Source: Octopus bimaculoides
Taxonomy: Eukaryota
DNA: 64,000 bases
Assembly: GCF_001194135.2 (NCBI RefSeq)
Contig: NC_069006.1
Span: forward strand, 18,975,997-19,039,996
Reading direction: 5' to 3'
Below the pieces are notes generated by a model that saw only the letters and a program-made list of their open reading frames with translations, did not search any database and was not told the origin of the DNA. This document shows, piece by piece, positions 36,271-49,960 of the stretch (positions within the stretch are counted from its first letter, which is position 1; every line of letters starts with the position of its first letter). Position numbers and translations under genes: made by a program.

Positions 36271-37142
36271 GTATACACACACATGCACACACACACATGC
36301 TCACACATACATATAGATGCGTGCTTGTGCATGTACACACACCGCTATATAAGACATGAAAAAGCTGTACCTTACCTGTCAACTAAGTAGACATTCTCAA
36401 AATATTTTCTTAAGAAACAAAACAATGACAAGATGGAAACTTATATCTTTTTATTTTCATTTATAATTATCTTTTCTCGTTCTTTTTTTCACCTCAAGCT
36501 CCACCCATTCCATTCACCCCTCTGTCCCTCCCCTTCTAAGCACAGATAGAGGATTGAAGCACAATGGGCGGTGGTTGTGGGGGGAAGAAGTAGTAATAAA
36601 ACAAAGTGTGATATAAAGAGAAAGTGTGGGTGTTGTTATAAAGGTGTGAATTTAGAGAAGTGGCATTTGTTGATGTTGTTTAGTACACCCCACCTTTAAT
36701 TCCTGTTAGACCAGACCTATAAAAGTAAATGTATTCACAACCAGCTATGACCTTCCCAAATTCTATTTAAATCTTGTGTATCTGGAAATATTTCATCAGA
36801 TGTTTTTTTCTTTTCAATTCAAGATAATGCGATGTGATTTGGATGGTATTTTTGTTAACCTTGAGCAGGCCTACTGCAACACAATGCTGTCCAGTAATCA
36901 GACTTCAAGAACTGTATTGCACGAAGATTTTTGTAAATTGCATTTTCTAAATCTGAGGGTGTACCATTGAATAGTGAGGAGGTTGTGCCATTCAGTGCAT
37001 CCCCCACTTCCTTAGTGACTGGCATGGCTCTGAGTGATCCCATAAAGACTCCTTTGTTTATTTTAAATCTATACTATAGGCGCAAACATGGCATTGGTGC
37101 AGGTGTGGGTTTGTGGTAAGTAGCTTGCTTCCCAACCACATC

Positions 37143-37610
37143 AGTCCCACTGCATGGAATCAGTCCCACTGCATGGAATCAGTCCCACTGCATGGAATCA
37201 GTCCCACTGCATGGAATCAGTCCCACTGCATGGAATCAGTCCCACTGCATGGAATCAGTCCCACTGCATGGAANNNNNNNNNNNNNNNNNNNNNNNNNNN
37301 NNNNNNNNNNNNNNNNNNNNNNNNNNNNNNNNNNNNNNNNNNNNNNNNNNNNNNNNNNNNNNNNNNNNNNNNNNNNNNNNNNNNNNNNNNNNNNNNNNNN
37401 NNNNNNNNNNNNNNNNNNNNNNNNNNNNNNNNNNNNNNNNNNNNNNNNNNNNNNNNNNNNNNNNNNNNNNNNNNNNNNNNNNNNNNNNNNNNNNNNNNAG
37501 TCCCACTGCATGGAATCAGTCCCACTGCATGGAATCAGTCCCACTGCATGGAATCAGTCCCACTGCATGGAATCAGTCCCACTGCATGGAATCAGTCCCA
37601 CTGCATGGAA
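37143..37610 (+). repeat. 19-bp minisatellite (AGTCCCACTGCATGGAATC)n inside a SINE head
   Basis: About 7 identical units left and 6 right of gap 37274-37498; the flanks continue the SINE consensus. Confidence 0.95.
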
Positions 37611-38040
37611 CCATGTGTAAGGATCTTCCACTATAGCCTCAGGCTCACCAAAGCCTTGTGAGTGGATTTAGTAGTTGGAAACTGAAAGAAGCCTGTTGTA
37701 TACATACATACACACACACACATACACACACACACACACATACACACACACACACACACACACAATCACACAAACATGTGTGTGTATAAATATCTATGTG
37801 TGTGTGTCTTTGTGTCTGTGTTTGCCCCCAGCCAATGCTTGGCAACTGATGTTGGTGTGTTTACAGCCCTGTAACTTAGCGGTTTGGCAAAAGAGACCAG
37901 TACAATAAGTACCAGGCTTAAAATAAAAATAAGTCTTGGGGTCAGTCCATTCAATTAAAAGTTCTTCATGGCATTGCCCCAGCCTGGCCATATCCTAATG
38001 AACGAAATAAGTAAAACATATGTGAGTGTGTGTGTATGTA

Positions 38041-38076
<36 letters not shown>

Positions 38077-39394
38077 TTTGACTCTGTGTGTGTGTGTGTA
38101 AACATGCTTTCTTGAAGAGATCAGCCAAACCATTGTTTTTTTTTTCCAGCACATACATTCATGAACGCTGAATTAGATCTGTCCAGTTATTTTATCAGTT
38201 AATACATACATATATCATTTAAAATTCTGTAATAAAACCATCATGAGAATGGCTGATATATGTGTTGCAAAAAAGAAATTTGACATTGGCATTGTGAAGA
38301 GATATGTAATCTTACCTTTGTGGGAAAACAATAAACTCTATTTGTGCATGTGCATGTGTATGTATACGTGAATATATGCTCTCTTTCTCTCTTCAATTTA
38401 GGATAAATTGGTAGTAAAGATGTGAAGGAAAGTATCTTGCTTTAAGCATCATCCTTTAAATCTTAAGAAAATCATGCAGATTTTTATTGTCCCAAATATT
38501 GTGATCATTTGTAGCATATGAATTATGGCTGTATGTATGTATGTATGCATGTATGCATGTATGTATGTATGTGTATGTATGTATGTATGTGTGTGTGTAT
38601 GTATGTATGTATGTGTGTATATATATATATATATATANNNNNNNNNNNNNNNNNNNNNNNNNNNNNNNNNNNNNNNNNNNNNNNNNNNNNNNNNNNNNNN
38701 NNNNNNNNNNNNNNNNNNNNNNNNNNNNNNNNNNNNNNNNNNNNNNNNNNNNNNNNNNNNNNNNNNNNNNNNNNNNNNNNNNNNNNNNNNNNNNNNNNNN
38801 NNNNNNNNNNNNNNNNNNNNNNNNNNNNNNNNNNNNNNNNNNNNNNNNNNNNNNNNNNNNNNNNNNNNNNNNNNNNNNNNNNNNNNNNNNNNNNNNNNNN
38901 NNNNNNNNNNNNNNNNNNNNNNNNNNNNNNNNNNNNNNNNNNNNNNNNNNNNNNNNNNNNNNNNNNNNNNNNNNNNNNNNNNNNNNNNNNNNNNNNNNNN
39001 NNNNNNNNNNNNNNNNNNNNNNNNNNNNNNNNNNNNNNNNNNNNNNNNNNNNNNNNNNNNNNNNNNNNNNNNNNNNNNNNNNNNNNNNNNNNNNNNNNNN
39101 NNNNNNNNNNNNNNNNNNNNNNNNNNNNNNNNNNNNNNNNNNNNNNNNNNNNNNNNNNNNNNNNNNNNNNNNNNNNNNNNNNNNNNNNNNNNNNNNNNNN
39201 NNNNNNNNNNNNNNNNNNNNNNNNNNNNNNNNNNNNNNNNNNNNNNNNNNNNNNNCAGAGGGACTGAAACTGCAACAATGTGGTTGGGTAGCAAGCCTCT
39301 TACCACAAAGCCACACCTTATATATTACCTATGAGTGTGCATGCGTACGTGTGCGTGTGTGTGAAGAGATTGAGAAAGAAATAGTAAGATAGAA

Positions 39395-39440
<46 letters not shown>

Positions 39441-39928
39441 GCACACACAAACACACACACACACACACACAAAGAAACACATCACCTCTCTCCTCCTCCT
39501 CTGCCTCTTCATCTAATACTTAATGGTCAGTCAGACACTGAGAGGCGTCACTGATACATTCACAAGATATGAAAATCAGTTTTATCTATTCATATAATTT
39601 TTCAAAGTTAACACAGTCAGGTGTGATTTTGATGGTGGTCATGGCCAGAGAGGCTGTATTATTCAGTCTTTAAATATAAATGTGGGTCTTTACCATTGTT
39701 TCTTTTATCTCTGTTGGCGAAATGTTCAATGTCATGCAAAGTATTCTTTTGTGATTACAGGAAATAGATTTGTTATAAAAAAATTAAATGTACCATTCTT
39801 TTGAATATATATATATATATCTATATATATATATATATATCTTTCTCTTTTTATATATGTATACATACACACACACAGACAGACACACACACATACATGT
39901 AAACATACATCCATACATACATACATAA

Positions 39929-39959
<31 letters not shown>

Positions 39960-40089
39960 GATATGCAGGGCAGGGAATCGTCAATTAGTAATAAAATTAA
40001 TAATTAACAATTTTGCCGGGTAGCTCAGTATGAAAAAACCTTTTCGGTAAAAATCATTTATAATCATAAATATATAGGGATTGACAGTA

Positions 40090-40323
40090 ACCTGCTTCTC
40101 CAACATACTGAGAATTCAGAAATAGCAGCCAAAGAACTACTGATTCCAAAACTACAAATTATTACTCTAAATTGATAGCGATATTTTTGATGCACACAGA
40201 ACAAAAAACAGTAGAGAAGAGTAAAAAAAATATCGCTATCAATTTAGAGTAATAATTTGTAGTTTTGGAATCAGTAGTTCTTTGGCTGCTATTTCTGAAT
40301 TCTCAGTATGTTGGAGAAGCAGG

Positions 40324-40324
<1 letters not shown>
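40090..40324. repeat. Perfect 99-bp inverted repeat with a 37-bp spacer
   Basis: 40090-40188 is the exact reverse complement of 40226-40324. Confidence 0.95.
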
Positions 40325-40355
<31 letters not shown>

Positions 40356-41540
40356 TATGTATATGTGTGTATACACACACACACACATACACACAGACAT
40401 ATATATATATACAAATTGGTGGACAAACGAAAGAAAAGGACTTCAATACATTTAAAAGGAGTTACGTGTATTATTTAAAACAGTTTGATTCAGTTCCAAG
40501 TGACTTAAATTTTCATAGGCCTCTAACAGAAGCCTATCTTCTGGTAACCATTTTGAACCTCTTGTATCTCTCCATTCAGTAATCTAAACCCTGGAATAGA
40601 TGAACTTCTGTTAGAGGCATGCAAAACTTTAAATTGCATGGAACCAAATCAAACTATTTTAAATAACACACGCACGCATGCACGCACACATGTCATTTAT
40701 AATCAAGTGGACAATCATAGAAAAATGCATGTTATGTATGAATGGATAAGAAAAATCCAAGTTATACATAGCTGAATTAATAATGTATTATCTCATAGCT
40801 TAAAGATTTCGACTATGTAATTATCTATTTTTAGAATGACATTATAGGGTAGGTGTGAGAGTCCAGAGCTGGCCAGTTTGAACATTAAACAGATAGAATA
40901 TTTTGGCCAGATGTGGCTGGTTTAAATACTAAAGGATTAAATAAAGAAGGGCCACATTTATTGATATTGTTCTGGATATCTCTAAAAAGACAGAATGGTC
41001 AAGGGTGGAATGTCTTTGAGGATAAGGCAACTTGATTATGGTTGATGTGAAGATAAGCAACTTCTGTTATTGATCGCTTTGTAACTTTATACAACAAGCA
41101 TTCTCTGTTCTCAGGGAAAGGTCGAGACTTGTTACCCTCTTCACAACCATATAAAACTTATCTTGTTTCATAAATTTTATGAAGTGCTTATATTTCGTGA
41201 CACAAACCATAACTAATTTCTCGTATGTGTGTGTGTGTGCATGCATGTAAGTGCATGTGGGTGTGTGAGTGTGTGTTGTGTATGTGAGTGTTTGTGTGTG
41301 AGTGCATGTGTGTGTGAGTATGTGTTGTGTGTGTGTATGTTTGTGAATGTGTGTGTGATTGTACATGTGAGTGAGTGTGTGTATGCTTGTCTGTGTTTGT
41401 GTATATATGTGTATATATATATATATATATTCATGTGAATGTATGTGTGTGGGTGCATGTGCATGTGTGTGTGAATATGTGTTATGTGTATGTGTGTGTG
41501 TGTGAGAGAGAGAGAGAGGTTTTGAGTGTGTGAATGTTTG

Positions 41541-41575
<35 letters not shown>

Positions 41576-42597
41576 AAATCTCTTGAGTGTTATTACAAGT
41601 GACGCACATTATATTACAAAGTGAAGAGTACTCAATACTTGAAGTAGAGTAAAAATTTATTATTGTATTGCTAGTTAAGTTGGCCATATTTACATTACTT
41701 CAAATTTCATGGCCTCAAACAATAGTAGATATGTATATGTGTGAGTGTGTATATCATTGGATTGATCTAGAAGTAGATCAATCCAAACATTGTTTACATT
41801 CCCCTAGAAATACACGCATATACACATACATACTTGATGTGTGTGTGTGTGTGTGTGTGCTTGTGTTTATGTTTGTCCCCACCCACGCCACTTAACAACT
41901 GGTGTTGGTTTGTTTACATCCCTGAAATTTAACAATAGAATAAGTACTGGACTTTAGAGAAAAAGAAATACTAGAAGCAATGTATTTAGCTAAAAACCTT
42001 TCAAGGCAATGCTCCAGCATGGCCTTAATTCAATGACTGAAGCAAGTAAAAGAAGATAAAAGAAGACCCAGTACATTCAGTAAAGTGGCTGGTGTTATGT
42101 CGAGCTTCCAACCATGACAACCAAAAGGAAATATATGAGTGAGGCCTGGTAGGACGGGCAGTGAATGTCTATTTTGGATTGTCAATACAAGCTGGAAGAA
42201 ACTATTTTGTTGTTTAACTTGTTAATCTGTCATGCTGGAGCAGACCTATATTCGTTTATAGACATAGTGTTGGTCTTTATACAGGCATTGTGTATCTAGG
42301 ACTGCATTGTTCAATGTGTCCTTTCCTGCTGCTGCTGCTGTTGTTGTTGTTGTTGTTGTTGTTTGGCTCCTGGTTATTCCTGATCCATCAGACCCAAAAT
42401 GAAATAATGTTCCAATTCTAACAATCTCATCTCTGCTTTTTTCAGACAGTGTATCTAGGTGTACATTATCCCTCATATCACACCCTCATATCCAGTGGGG
42501 CGCGATATGAGGGAGATGTAGCTGTTATTTCAAGCAGGTCAGTTTACCTGCTAGAAATAAAAGAGGCTCTCAAACAGCATCTTATTTGTTTTTTATG

Positions 42598-42775
42598 GAG
42601 TCACCCTTAATGAGAAGTCTGCTTAAAGTCTGTCTGAAAAGGTGTTCATGGTAACGAGAAGCCTGTTTTTAATGACTGTTCACGTTAATGAGGTCCCATT
42701 TACATGGTGTTCACTTTAATGAGAAGTCTGATTGAAATGATGTTCACTTTAATGAGAAGTCTGTTTGCTCTAATT
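42598..42775 (+). repeat. Degenerate ~35-bp minisatellite (GTTCACTTTAATGAGAAGTCTG core, ~5 units)
   Basis: Repeated ttaatgagaagtctg with variable spacers. Confidence 0.65.
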
Positions 42776-45700
42776 CTATTTTAACCCTTTGGTATTCAAA
42801 CCAGCCATATCCTGCCCAAATAGTCCACATCTTATATGTTTGAAATGGCTGGATCCAGCCTCTCACACATTGTTTTTTTAAAAATAAACAATCACATCAT
42901 TGAAATCTCAGAGCTATGAGATAATGTATGATTAATTCAAAACAATAGTGGAGGTACATGGCTTAGTGGTTAGAGCAGTGGACTCACAGCTGAGGGATCA
43001 TGGGTTTGAGTCACAGACCGGGCTATGTGTTCATTTATGAGTGAAACACCTAAGCTCCAGGCAGCTCTGCCTGAAGGTAAAGGCAAACTTCTGCTGACTC
43101 TTTCACCACAACATTCTCTCACTCTTTCCCCTTGCATCTAGCAGCTCACCTGTGATGGACTGGCATCCTGTCCAGGTGGAGAACCTATAGGCCAATGAAA
43201 CCAGGAAACTGTTTCTTATGAACCAGGCATTGCTTGAGAAGGAACAAACAACAAATTCAAAACAATGTAAATAAGCATTGCATTTGACAGAGTAATCTGA
43301 ATGGTAAAGGGTCAGAGGAGATTTGGCTACTACTTTTAGCTATGTTTAGCCAGTTAAATGAATGCGTAGTGGCTTCTTCATATTGACTGGTTTTATGGAC
43401 TTCTCTTCTTAATTGTTTTATGTTCAATTGAACAGATCCAGCTTCTCACACTGATCCTACAATGTCATTATAAAAATAAACAAGTTCATCATTGAAATCT
43501 TAAAGCTACAAGATAATACATGATGAATTCAAAACAATGTGAATAAATAAGCATTACATTTGGCAGAGTAATCCGAACGCTAAAGGATCAAATACTGTTG
43601 ACTGCAACGTGAAGTCTGTTTCATGAAACTCAGGATTAAAGGCAAGGATAAGTATTACAGGATTTGATTTGAGAATGTCAACGGTTGTAAGTAAATCTGG
43701 TTTCAGCAATCCTTTTTTGCATGATCCTTTTGATAGTGAAGATACCTAGCTTAGTGGTTAAGATATTTGGTTCATTCTAACCTCTAACAAGACACTTTAT
43801 TTCACATTGCACCAGTCCACTCAGCTGGCAAAAATGAGTAGTACCTGTATTTCAAACGGCCGGCCTTGTTACATTCTGTGTCATGCTGAATCTCCCCAAG
43901 ATTTAGGGTCTGCTTATCTGTGGAGTGCTCAACCACTTGCACATTAATTTCATGAGCAGTCTGATTGGACCAACTTAAACCCTCAACATTGTAACTGATG
44001 GTCTTTTTTTTTTCTCTCCTTTGATATATAAAAAGTTAGGATATTATATACCCCTAATCTAAATTTCAAGGATTTTTGTTGAAGGTAGGGTTATGACCAG
44101 TATAGTCCTCACAAAGATTGATCTCATATTCTTTATTACACTTGCTTGCTTTCTCTTTAGAATCATACCTCAATCTGATTCATTCTCACTTGAATGACTG
44201 GTTTGTCATGAATTTTTATTACAGCTCAAATCATTTATTTGACACTGCTACATTGAGTCAGTTCACTCCCTAAAGTCCAACAGTGCAACTACAACTCTGA
44301 CAATGACTAGCATAACACTTATATAACTATCTGCGTAACATATCTCTGAAGAACAAAACAAAATCCAGAAATACTGTGACAAAAACTGAATATTCAAGTT
44401 AGTGGACATTTTCTATTTAAAGACATTTTCTTGTTTTATTTTTATGGCTTACTCAGAGGACGGAAGTAATGTCTTTTATATTTTGGGAGCTAATACAGTT
44501 TTATACCTTACTTAATGGATTTGCTTTGCACATGCTGTCTAACAATTTTTTTTTTCAGCAAAGCACTTTCACACCTTATCCATATTCCACTTTGTGCCCA
44601 TCTACAGTAGTCTATGTGGTTGCATAACCTGCTAGAAATGGTAACCAAATCTCCTTCAACAAAGGGTAAAAAAATAATCAAATCAATTATTAATTTATTC
44701 CCTGTCTATTTCTTTTGTTTTTTCGAACTTTAATTTTCGGTTCCTATTTGATCATCCAATTTCACAACTTCTGAGATGAGCCAGTCCCTGCCCAACACAA
44801 ATAGGGTTGACCAAGGGTTTGTAGTACTAGCTTGGATTCATATAAATGTACAACAATCTTAACTATATTTGATTGAATTCTTCTCTATTTGGCTGCCATC
44901 TACACCTTTAGTATTTCCTACTTCTTTTATCATTTGTCTTTTACTTGTTTCATACAAATAGGTTATACAAGGTAAAAGTAAAGTTACCTACTCGAGTCAT
45001 ACTGACTCATAAGAGCCAGTTTCCTAGTTTCATGGCGTATATATTCCCCAACTGGACAGGACACCAGTCCCTCACAGGATTATTCATTTTTGCCAGCTGA
45101 GTGGACTGGAGTAATGTGAAATGAAGTGTTTTGTTCAAGAACACAGCATGTCACATGGTCCAGGAATTGAAACCACTCAATCTTGTGATCATGAGTCCAA
45201 CAGCCTAAGCCATCCACAAAATAGGTTATATGGTACTATAACAATTATTTAATTTGGCATCCTAATTGTGAAATACCATAATGCAATTAGTTAGACTGCA
45301 TAAAATGTTACATAACTCCCAACACAACAGGAATCTAAATAAACTAGTGAGCAGAGACTTGTTCATTAATCAACAGATCATCAACAAGTGAAATTCTTAA
45401 TCAGAAATACCAACTTTAAGATATTTAAACCGGGTGTGTCCTCAGGCTGTCCATCTAGAAGGGTGGATAGTAGAATAAGAATGTAAATAAACTGACATTA
45501 AAGGTATTAATATCCCAAAGAAGTCATTAATCCTAGCAACCACACTAGTAAAAGCCAGTAGTAGCAGAATTTAATCAAATATAACAGATATTCAGTGCAA
45601 AGATATGACATTTAACCCTATCAAAAATATTCAAAGGCTTTTGCTGGTGTTGTTCAAAAACCCTTTATTATACTATATTACTTTAGATTTAGCATTAGTT

Positions 45701-46547
45701 GCTTGTTTACTTAATTAATCAGGATAAAAGTGTTCTGAAAGAAAAATACTGAATCAATAGAATATTAACATCAGTTAATGGAGATTCAGCTAATTATAAT
45801 ATAACGAGAATAATTTAGGGTAGAAACAGCTGACTAAATAGGTTTAGTGCAAATGTTAAGGTGATGGAGGGAAAACAAAGATGGGAAGAAAAGGAAAAAA
45901 AAAGTAATGGAAACAATCAGATAAAGTAAGTAGAGAGACAAAAAATCAGAAAGAACGTGATCCATGCAATAACAAGAAGCTGGTATTTGGCATTTTTAGT
46001 TTTATAGTTTTTATGCCTGTACCAAACACATCCATTTTAAATTTCTTAAATGTTGATATTTCTGATTATAAGTTTCATTTGCTGATGTTCTGTTGATTAA
46101 TTGTCAAATCACTCCTCACTTATTTATTTGGTGGCCTGATGAGTTGGGAGCTCTGTAACATTTTATGCAATCTAACTAATTGTTTTATGCTTATGTCACA
46201 ATAAAGACTTCTAATGAAACAATTGTAGTAAAAGCAGATAACCCACTGGTTTGTTTCCATTATATTCTTATGGCACACTTAAGTTTCGATTCATCATTGG
46301 ATAACTTTGGATAATTTTGGATAAATCTGGAATTCTGAATCACCTAACAACAGTGAACTGTCTTTATTGATGCGTTCTGTGCTAAGATTGGATTACTTAT
46401 CTGACTGTCTGGCATCATCCTGTGTAATTAATTTGTCGTTTGCCTCAATTTGATATGCTTTGGCTCTTTATATATCTTTTGTAATCAAAATTAGCTAGCG
46501 GTGTGTGCATATGTGTGTGTGTGTATGTATATATGTATATACATACA

Positions 46548-46583
<36 letters not shown>

Positions 46584-48601
46584 TGATGGACTCTCCCATC
46601 GTTAGATGACATATGAGGGTTCAATAATTTCTTATTGAACAACTACACAGATGATTTGTTTATAGTGATCAAATGTTTGTGGACACATAAGCACACTCCC
46701 TTCCTCAAATCAACATTACCTGTACAGGTGCACTGGGTGCCACATGTCAGATGATGAAAACGATTGCAGTGCAACATGAAATGAAGTGCTTTGCTTAAGA
46801 GCACAACACAATGCCTGGTCTGGGAATTGAAACCACGATCTTGAAATCATGAGTACAATACCTTAACCAGTCACCATTTTTCATTCCATATCAGCTATCT
46901 GATGAGCATAGGGTTACATAACCAGATTGTTACCCAACACTCCATTGAATCCTGAGTGCAAAACTGATTGGTAAGATCTACTATAGATTTGGCTGACGGA
47001 AAATGAAAGACAGAAACTGAAAGAAACCTGTAGTTATATATATATATATATATATATATATATNNNNNNNNNNNNNNNNNNNNNNNNNNNNNNNNNNNNN
47101 NNNNNNNNNNNNNNNNNNNNNNNNNNNNNNNNNNNNNNNNNNNNNNNNNNNNNNNNNNNNNNNNNNNNNNNNNNNNNNNNNNNNNNNNNNNNNNNNNNNN
47201 NNNNNNNNNNNNNNNNNNNNNNNNNNNNNNNNNNNNNNNNNNNNNNNNNNNNNNNNNNNNNNNNNNNNNNNNNNNNNNNNNNNNNNNNNNNNNNNNNNNN
47301 NNNNNNNNNNNNNNNNNNNNNNNNNNNNNNNNNNNNNNNNNNNNNNNNNNNNNNNNNNNNNNNNNNNNNNNNNNNNNNNNNNNNNNNNNNNNNNNNNNNN
47401 NNNNNNNNNNNNNNNNNNNNNNNNNNNNNNNNNNNNNNNNNNNNNNNNNNNNNNNNNNNNNNNNNNNNNNNNNNNNNNNNNNNNNNNNNNNNNNNNNNNN
47501 NNNNNNNNNNNNNNNNNNNNNNNNNNNNNNNNNNNNNNNNNNNNNNNNNNNNNNNNNNNNNNNNNNNNNNNNNNNNNNNNNNNNNNNNNNNNNNNNNNNN
47601 NNNNNNNNNNNNNNNNNNNNNNNNNNNNNNNNNNNNNNNNNNNNNNNNNNNNNNNNNNNNNNNNNNNNNNNNNNNNNNNNNNNNNNNNNNNNNNNNNNNN
47701 NNNNNNNNNNNNNNNNNNNNNNNNNNNNNNNNNNNNNNNNNNNNNNNNNNNNNNNNNNNNNNNNNNNNNNNNNNNNNNNNNNNNNNNNNNNNNNNNNNNN
47801 NNNNNNNNNNNNNNNNNNNNNNNNNNNNNNNNNNNNNNNNNNNNNNNNAGTGGGTGCTTTTACGTGTCACCCGCACGAAAACGGCCACGCTCGAAATGGT
47901 GTCTTTTATGTGCCACCCGCACAAGCCAGTCCAGGGGCACTGGCAACGATCTCGCTCGAAAATCCTACAGGAGCCAGTCAGGCGGTACTGGCAACGGCCA
48001 CGCTCAAAATGGTGCATCTCATGTGCCACCCGCACAAGAACCAGTCCAGGGGCACTGGCAACGATCTTACATGTATACATGTATATATATTCTTTGTATT
48101 ATATATATATATATATATATATATCTGTGTGTGTGTGTAAGTTTATATCTACATCTATATCAACTTACAGACATAGATGCTTGCATGTATGAATTTATGT
48201 ATCTCTCTCCAAGTATATACAAAATATAAATATGCATACATATACACACACACATATATACATATTTATGTAGGTATGTATATGTATTTATATATGCACA
48301 CACGCTTACATTGTATCTATTATGTATATATACACATGCGTGCATTGTATCTTTTATATAACAGAGTATATCCAGAATGTCGTATATCAAGTTCGTTGTA
48401 TGTCTAACCAACAGCAACAGCAACGGCAGCAGCTGCTCAAAACATTATATATACATGTTCCTAACACCTAATAGTGCTCAAACCATATATATATATATCC
48501 ATATTTCAGACATTTAAAAGCAACAGCTGTCCAAACCATACATACACTACATATACACGTTCCCTGAATCTAATAGCAGTAACTACCTTAACCACACGCA
48601 C

Positions 48602-48655
<54 letters not shown>

Positions 48656-49358
48656 NNNNNNNNNNNNNNNNNNNNNNNNNNNNNNNNNNNNNNNNNNNNN
48701 NNNNNNNNNNNNNNNNNNNNNNNNNNNNNNNNNNNNNNNNNNNNNNNNNNNNNNNNNNNNNNNNNNNNNNNNNNNNNNNNNNNNNNNNNNNNNNNNNNNN
48801 NNNNNNNNNNNNNNNNNNNNNNNNNNNNNNNNNNNNNNNNNNNNNNNNNNNNNNNNNNNNNNNNNNNNNNNNNNNNNNNNNNNNNNNNNNNNNNNNNNNN
48901 NNNNNNNNNNNNNNNNNNNNNNNNNNNNNNNNNNNNNNNNNNNNNNNNNNNNNNNNNNNNNNNNNNNNNNNNNNNNNNNNNNNNNNNNNNNNNNNNNNNN
49001 NNNNNNNNNNNNNNNNNNNNNNNNNNNNNNNNNNNNNNNNNNNNNNNNNNNNNNNNNNNNNNNNNNNNNNNNNNNNNNNNNNNNNNNNNNNNNNNNNNNN
49101 NNNNNNNNNNNNNNNNNNNNNNNNNNNNNNNNNNNNNNNNNNNNNNNNNNNNNNNNNNNNNNNNNNNNNNNNNNNNNNNNNNNNNNNNNNNNNNNNNNNN
49201 NNNNNNNNNNNNNNNNNNNNNNNNNNNNNNNNNNNNNNNNNNNNNNNNNNNNNNNNNNNNNNNNNNNNNNNNNNNNNNNNNNNNNNNNNNNNNNNNNNNN
49301 NNNNNNNNNNNNNNNNNNNNNNNNNNNNNNNNNNNNNNNNNNNNNNNNNNNNNNNNNN

Positions 49359-49393
<35 letters not shown>

Positions 49394-49419
49394 AACATAT
49401 ATGTTTATATATATATTGT

Positions 49420-49960
49420 AGGTAGAAACTCTAAGATGTACCCAGTGTAAGCTATGGACACATAAGAGATGCAGTTGGGGCCTCTCACTCAAAGTAAAAG
49501 GCAGACTGTATGACGCATGTGTATAAACAGCCATGCTACATGGTAGTGAAACATGGGCCATGACTGCTGAGGACATGCGTAAGCTCGAAAGGAATGAAAC
49601 CAGTATGCTCCGATGGATGTGTAATGATGTGTAATGGATGTGCATACTCGACAGAGTGTAAGTACCTTGAGAGAAAAGTTGGACCTAAGAAGCATCAGTT
49701 GTGGTGTGCAAGAGAGACGATTGTGCTGGTATGGTCATTTGGTGAGAAGGGATGAGGATAGCTGTGTGAAAATGTGCCACAGCCTGCGGTTGAGGGAACC
49801 TGTAGAAGAGGTAGACCCAGGAAGACGTGGGATGAGGTGGTGAAGCACGACCTTCGAACATTAGGCCTCACGGAAGCAATGACTTGTGGCTGAGACCTTT
49901 GAAAATATGCTGTGCATGAGAAGACCCACAAGACAAGTGAGCCCATAACCCGTGGCGTTT
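49420..49960 (+). mobile_element. RTE-type LINE 3' fragment
   Basis: GRLYDACV.TAMLHGSETWAMTAEDMRKLERNE.SMLRWMC, RRLCWYGHLVRR and RGRPRKTWDEVV. Confidence 0.85.

Noticed and set aside
37143-37610. CRISPR-like array
   Set aside because: The units are contiguous with no spacers, derive from a SINE, and lie in eukaryotic DNA without cas genes.
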